A DNA stretch of 64,000 nt, taken from the human T2T-CHM13v2.0 reference genome, Homo sapiens. A program made the translations under genes and the position numbers. Under the pieces are notes generated by a model. It had not been told where the DNA came from. It saw nothing but the letters and a program-made list of their open reading frames with translations, and did not search any database. The stretch lies in the NCBI RefSeq assembly GCF_009914755.1, contig NC_060928.1. One strand, 5' to 3'. How positions within the stretch are numbered: the stretch's first letter is position 1; each line of letters opens with the position of its first letter. Of this stretch, positions 58,966-64,000 are shown piece after piece.

Positions 58966-60479
58966 GGCAGCATAAGACCACTCAATTTCTGAGGGAGGGG
59001 AAACATACATATGGTAAGTACAGAATATGAAGAAGAAAGGAAGGTGAACAAGTGTAAAATATAAACTTTACACATTTTAGATTTTGCTTCATCAAAAAAA
59101 AATTTGTGATAGAAGATACAATGACTGTATCTAAATCACAAAATTTTACATTGCACTTGATGTCTTTCTATACATAATATGAAATGAAAGTTAAGCTTAA
59201 AAATGAACGTGTTAAATATTTAAACATCACATCAGATTTTTCTTAAACCACCTCGGTTTTTTTCCGAATTGAACATTTTTCTATTGCATATTCCAGCTGA
59301 GAGCCATGTTGAAATGAGTGTTAAGAAGTCTTCTTAGTGATATTATTACTTTGGAGCTTTAGTTGCCATAACAACTTCCTTTACCTCTCAAAAATGTTGA
59401 ATTATATGTCAAATAGCAGATGCTTCTTATACTCATTGAAATCACGAGCACTGCCATTCAACATAGAATATTAAATAAAAATACTCTAGCAAAGCAACAA
59501 ATAATTTGAAGGACAACTTTTAGTTGTGATAATTAACTGGAAGTAAAATTCAATTCACATATTTTCCTTTGTAAATAATTTTTCTTGTCTTTAATGTAAG
59601 AAAGCATTTTGTTTTCTTGACTCAGTCTTGAATTCATTCAACAAATTTGCCTTTGCAAAAGTTCAGCAGGGAGTGGTTTCTCTACATATTTATATTACAA
59701 GAAAATATTTTTTTCTGCTGTAGAAATAAATGTTATAAATTGTCTACAGGGAAGGCATAATTTATATACCAATTTAAAAATTTAAAATAGACCAACATGT
59801 AGACATGTCTCACCTTTCGAATACAGATTTTGTCCAAAGTGTAAATATATTTTATACATTGAGAAGTATGATGTGAATTTAAATTATTTTGATAATATAT
59901 AGTATTATAGTAATTGCTTAAAGTAATGCTTTTAGCTTGAAATAGTCTATTTAGATTTAAAATACCTGGTTTAGACTGGGGTTAGGCTGAGAGTGCTAGA
60001 AAAAACTTCATAGACAGCTTCAAATCTTTGTCATGGAGAAAAAAGATCTGTCAAGTTACTGAATAAATAGCCGAAATTACTCGAATTTTCATGTTTGTAA
60101 AAGGTTGCCATTATCATAATATTACAGTGTCTATACTAGCAGTTGTACAACTTAATAATGAGTAAACAAATGCTGCATGCCTAACAGAAAAATAACAAAA
60201 TACTTTAGTCACAATATACATAGATTCATTTGAAAATATTTTAATGGTATAGCATATAATATGTAACATAATGCTACCACATTAGATATAAAAATATATC
60301 ATATGTGCTAAGTGTATAAATAATATATTGGATTATATCATATTTCAGTGAGTGTTCTTAGTGATTTCAGCATTTCTCTCTCTTATGGTTATATGTGATT
60401 AAATTTTTATTGTTTTTAATGTTTATTATTCAGGGATTACATAAGACACATGAGTAAGGAGTCAATTACAGAGAGAATG

Positions 60480-60720
60480 GTAATAATAGCAAAATAAGTA
60501 ATGATAGCTAATACTTTTTATAGCACTTATTAGATACAAAGTACTGTCCTAAATACATTCCCCCATGTTATTTCCTTTCATCCTTATGTTTACCCTGTGA
60601 GTTAGATATTATTTTTCACATTTTATACATGGCAAAACAAAGACACAGGAAGAAGTTAAGTAAATTGACTTGGACCTAAGTAATACGTTGAGGATTCATA
60701 CTTAGGCAGTCTGGCCACAG
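60480..60720 (-). mobile_element. MIR
   Basis: gatagctaatac...tagcacttat...cattttatacatgg...aagttaagtaa. Confidence 0.65.
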
Positions 60721-60917
60721 TGTCCATCAGTAGTGACATAGTCCTACCTTGTAGCTCCACAGTGTTAACCAAAACCCAATATCCACGCATACTTCCACTC
60801 TGCCATCCTGTGAGAACAAGATGGTTGTTTCCTCTCTGGCCACCTGCTCATGTTCCATGCAGAATGAACCATCATGAAGAACAAACAAAAAGGGGTGGTG
60901 CAATTAACAAAGTCAAA

Positions 60918-62046
60918 TGTCTTTATTTCCTAGGGCTGCCGTAACAAAGTGCTATACACTAAGTGGCTTAAACAAAACATGTATATATATTTATCACAGT
61001 TCTAGAGATTAGAAATCCAAAATCAATGTGCAGGTAGGGTTGGTTACTTCTGGAGACCTCTCCCTTTGGCTGATAGATGGCTGTTCTATCTTTTTCTTTA
61101 CATATTCTTCTCTCCGTGTAGGTCTGTGTTCTAATCGCCTCTTCTTGTAAGGAAACCAGCCAGACTGGATTAAGTCCCATCCATATTACCTCATGTAACC
61201 TTAATTACTACTTTAAATAGCCCACCTCCAAAAATAGTCACATTCTGAGGAACTGTGGGGCTAGAATGCTAACTGCCTGAGGGTTTATTCCTGCCTCCTT
61301 ACAAAGAATGACCATGACATTGTAGTAGAAAGAGTTTAATAGACACAAGACCAGCCATGCAACATGAGAGATGGAGTTAATACTCAATCTCTTCCAAAGC
61401 TTGTAGGTTAGAAGTTTTTCAAAGGCATTTTAGGAGAAGAAGTGGGGGTGGCCATGTAACAGGTGCTTGCTGCTTATTGACTGGGGAGGAGATAAAATAA
61501 TAGGGGATTGAAGCTGTCTTCCTGCAGGTTGAATTTTTCCTGGCCGCAGCAGCAGGGTTGGCAGATCCAAGTAGTAGAGCCATCAGATCCAGATGGAGCC
61601 ATGGGTGTCAGACATGCAAAAAACCTGAAGAGATATCTCAAAAGGCCAGCCTTAAATTCTACAATAGTGACATTATTTGCAGGAATAATTGGGGAAATTG
61701 CATATCTTATAACCTCCAGAATAATGGCTGACGATCATTTATGTCTATGCCTTAGCAGGACTAAGGCTTCTCTCCTCCCACCAGCTTGACGGCCTTTCAT
61801 TAGCTTTACAAAAGTGGTTAAGTTTTTAGCAAAGCCTATTACCATTTAAACTATAGCCTAAATTCTTCCAAAGTTATCTTGGCCCAATAGCCCAGAAATA
61901 ATTAAAGAAAAGGCAAGATGGGGTGTGGGTTAGCTCAGATCTCTTTCATTGTCATAATTTTCTCACTGATACAATTTTTGCAAAGGTGATTTTATTAACA
62001 TATAACTTTTTGGAAGGTAAATAGTGGTGGACAATTTAGCTCATAA
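60918..62046 (-). mobile_element. MLT1A/B MaLR LTR interrupted by LTR8
   Basis: ttcctagggctgccgtaacaaag...cacattctgagg; resumes at aacatataacttttt. Confidence 0.8.
61267..61993 (-). mobile_element. LTR8-family LTR
   Basis: Ends gtcataattttctcactgatacaatttttgcaaaggtgattt (reverse of the LTR8 start). Confidence 0.8.
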
Positions 62047-63497
62047 TGTTAGTGGCAGTAAATCTGTATCTGAATGGGTCTAGAGCAGTCTGAATTCTTG
62101 CCTCCTCAGAAGAAAGACTTTGATTGAGGGGCATAATGTAGAAGGAGAGACCAAGGTAGGTTTTACAGCAGGAGTGAAAGTTGATTAAAAAGTGTTAGAG
62201 CAGGAATAAAAGGAAGTGAAGTACAACTGGAAGAGGGTCAAGTGGGTGAAGGGTTTGAGATCCCTTCTTCCCTGATTATTCCCTTGGGTTGGGCTGTCCA
62301 CATGCACAGTGGCCTGCTAGCCCTTGGGAGGGGAGCATGCGCAGCGTGTTTACTGGAGTAGCATGCATGCTCACTTGAGGCATTCTTCCCTTAACAGTCG
62401 AATGTCTCTAGGAGGTTATGCTCCAGTTAAAATCTGCCATTTTGACTCTTAATGCATAAACTTGAACCCACTCACCCAACTGCTGAGAGCTTATCTGGAA
62501 GCTGATGCTCACCAGTTTCAGGTGTTTCTGGTTACTGGGAGACTGCCTTTCTCTGGCACTGGCTGGGTCCAGTTATTCTTTTAGAGATGGATATGGACAG
62601 GAGACAGGGAAATATTGGGTAGAAGAGGGTGGTTCCCCATCAAAGGCCCCACCCTCAAGCCTGGTTACCCGCGGCCCTAAGCGAGAACAGGCATTTCTGC
62701 TTTTGTGCCCAAAAAGTTGCCTTTGGGTCCATGGTGCTCCCTATCCTGTACCCATATAAACCCTGAACCCCAGGCTCCAGAAGCAGGAGACGAACAGTCA
62801 AATGGCAGAACTGAGCAGCAGAGAAGGAGAGAAGAGAAGGAGCAACTGAATGCTGAGAGGAGTTTGGCTAGGGATGATCAGAGAGGAGATCAGCCACCGG
62901 ATGGTCAAACTCCAGGGAAGATCATCTGCCCACCCCAGCCCCCTTCCGGCTCCACATCCATCCTGCTGAGAGCCACCTCCATCACTCAATAAAACCCCTG
63001 CACTCATCCTTCAAGTCCATGTGTGACCCAATTCTTCCAGGATGCTGGACAAGAGCTCGAGATACAGAAAGCTGTCACACTGGCCCTCTGCCCTTGCAAA
63101 AAGGCAGAGGGGTCCACTGAGCTGGTTAACACTTAAGCCATCCATAGACAGCAAGGCTAAAAGAGCGCACTGTAACATACGCCCACTTGGGCTCTGGGAG
63201 TCACAGGTTCCCAACCCTGGATGCTGCCGTGGGGCCGAAGCCCAGCACCCCTTCCCCTGCACCTGTCTGTCTGCATGCGCCCCCTCCCTTAAGGGGTTTG
63301 AGTAGCAGCGGTGACCAAACAGACGAGCCACACCGTGTTGCATGTCCTGTTAGGGAGGTCAGGGAACTCTTCCATTTCAGAGAGATAGTTTAACAACAGC
63401 CTGACCATCACCTGATGGTCGCCTGACATTCCTGGGGGATGTCGGGGAGAGGGGCTCTCCTGCCCTGTTCATGTCTGACTAGCTACCTTCTGTAAAA
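62047..63497 (-). mobile_element. MER50-like LTR interrupted by LTR1
   Basis: ttcttgcctcctcagaagaaaga...; resumes at ctgaccatcacctgatggtcgcctgacattcctg. Confidence 0.75.
62588..63379 (+). mobile_element. LTR1-family solo LTR (ERV1)
   Basis: gatatggacaggagacagggaaat start, tttca end; TSD gaga; tataaa and aataaa present. Confidence 0.8.
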
Positions 63498-63752
63498 ATA
63501 ACACCAAATTCTTCCAGAAAGTACCAACAGCTTTAACCTTAAATATAAAAAACTGTAAGATAACTCTCCTAGATGCAAAAACAGAAAAGAAATTGTGCTG
63601 TGAAGGAAGAAACATAGATATTTGGGCAAGCATTTAGAAATGCCTGTTACAGTATATACCTTTGAGTCATTTTGTATGTCACGCCAACCCTGCTATTGTA
63701 AAACCCTATGTAAAATCACCTATTTAGAATTGTTTTAAAATACTGAAGCTAG

Positions 63753-64000
<248 letters not shown>

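Overview
Human (AluYa5-bearing) AT-rich, repeat-dense non-coding DNA with no intact protein-coding gene that I can support; nearly all ORFs in the track come from Alu, L1, LTR or microsatellite sequence. The window is a mosaic of L1 fragments (two with twin-priming 5' inversions), about 15 Alus, many solo LTRs (HERV-W LTR17, LTR18, LTR8, MER4, MER39, MSTA/MSTB, MER50, LTR1, a PRIMA4-like LTR), a decayed ERVL provirus, two Tigger3 DNA transposons, MIR/L2 relics and microsatellites. The most interesting signals are DNA-repair and rearrangement scars: a ~290-bp local templated insertion with short duplications at both junctions, a 1.1-kb fold-back structure around a purine-pyrimidine array, telomere-like repeats inside an AluJ, and older foreign DNA inside an MSTA LTR. 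There is also a speculative set of splice-bounded, stop-poor unique segments that may be exons of a dead gene, one split by the HERV-W LTR. Family names come from remembered consensus sequences, not a database search; many boundaries are approximate.
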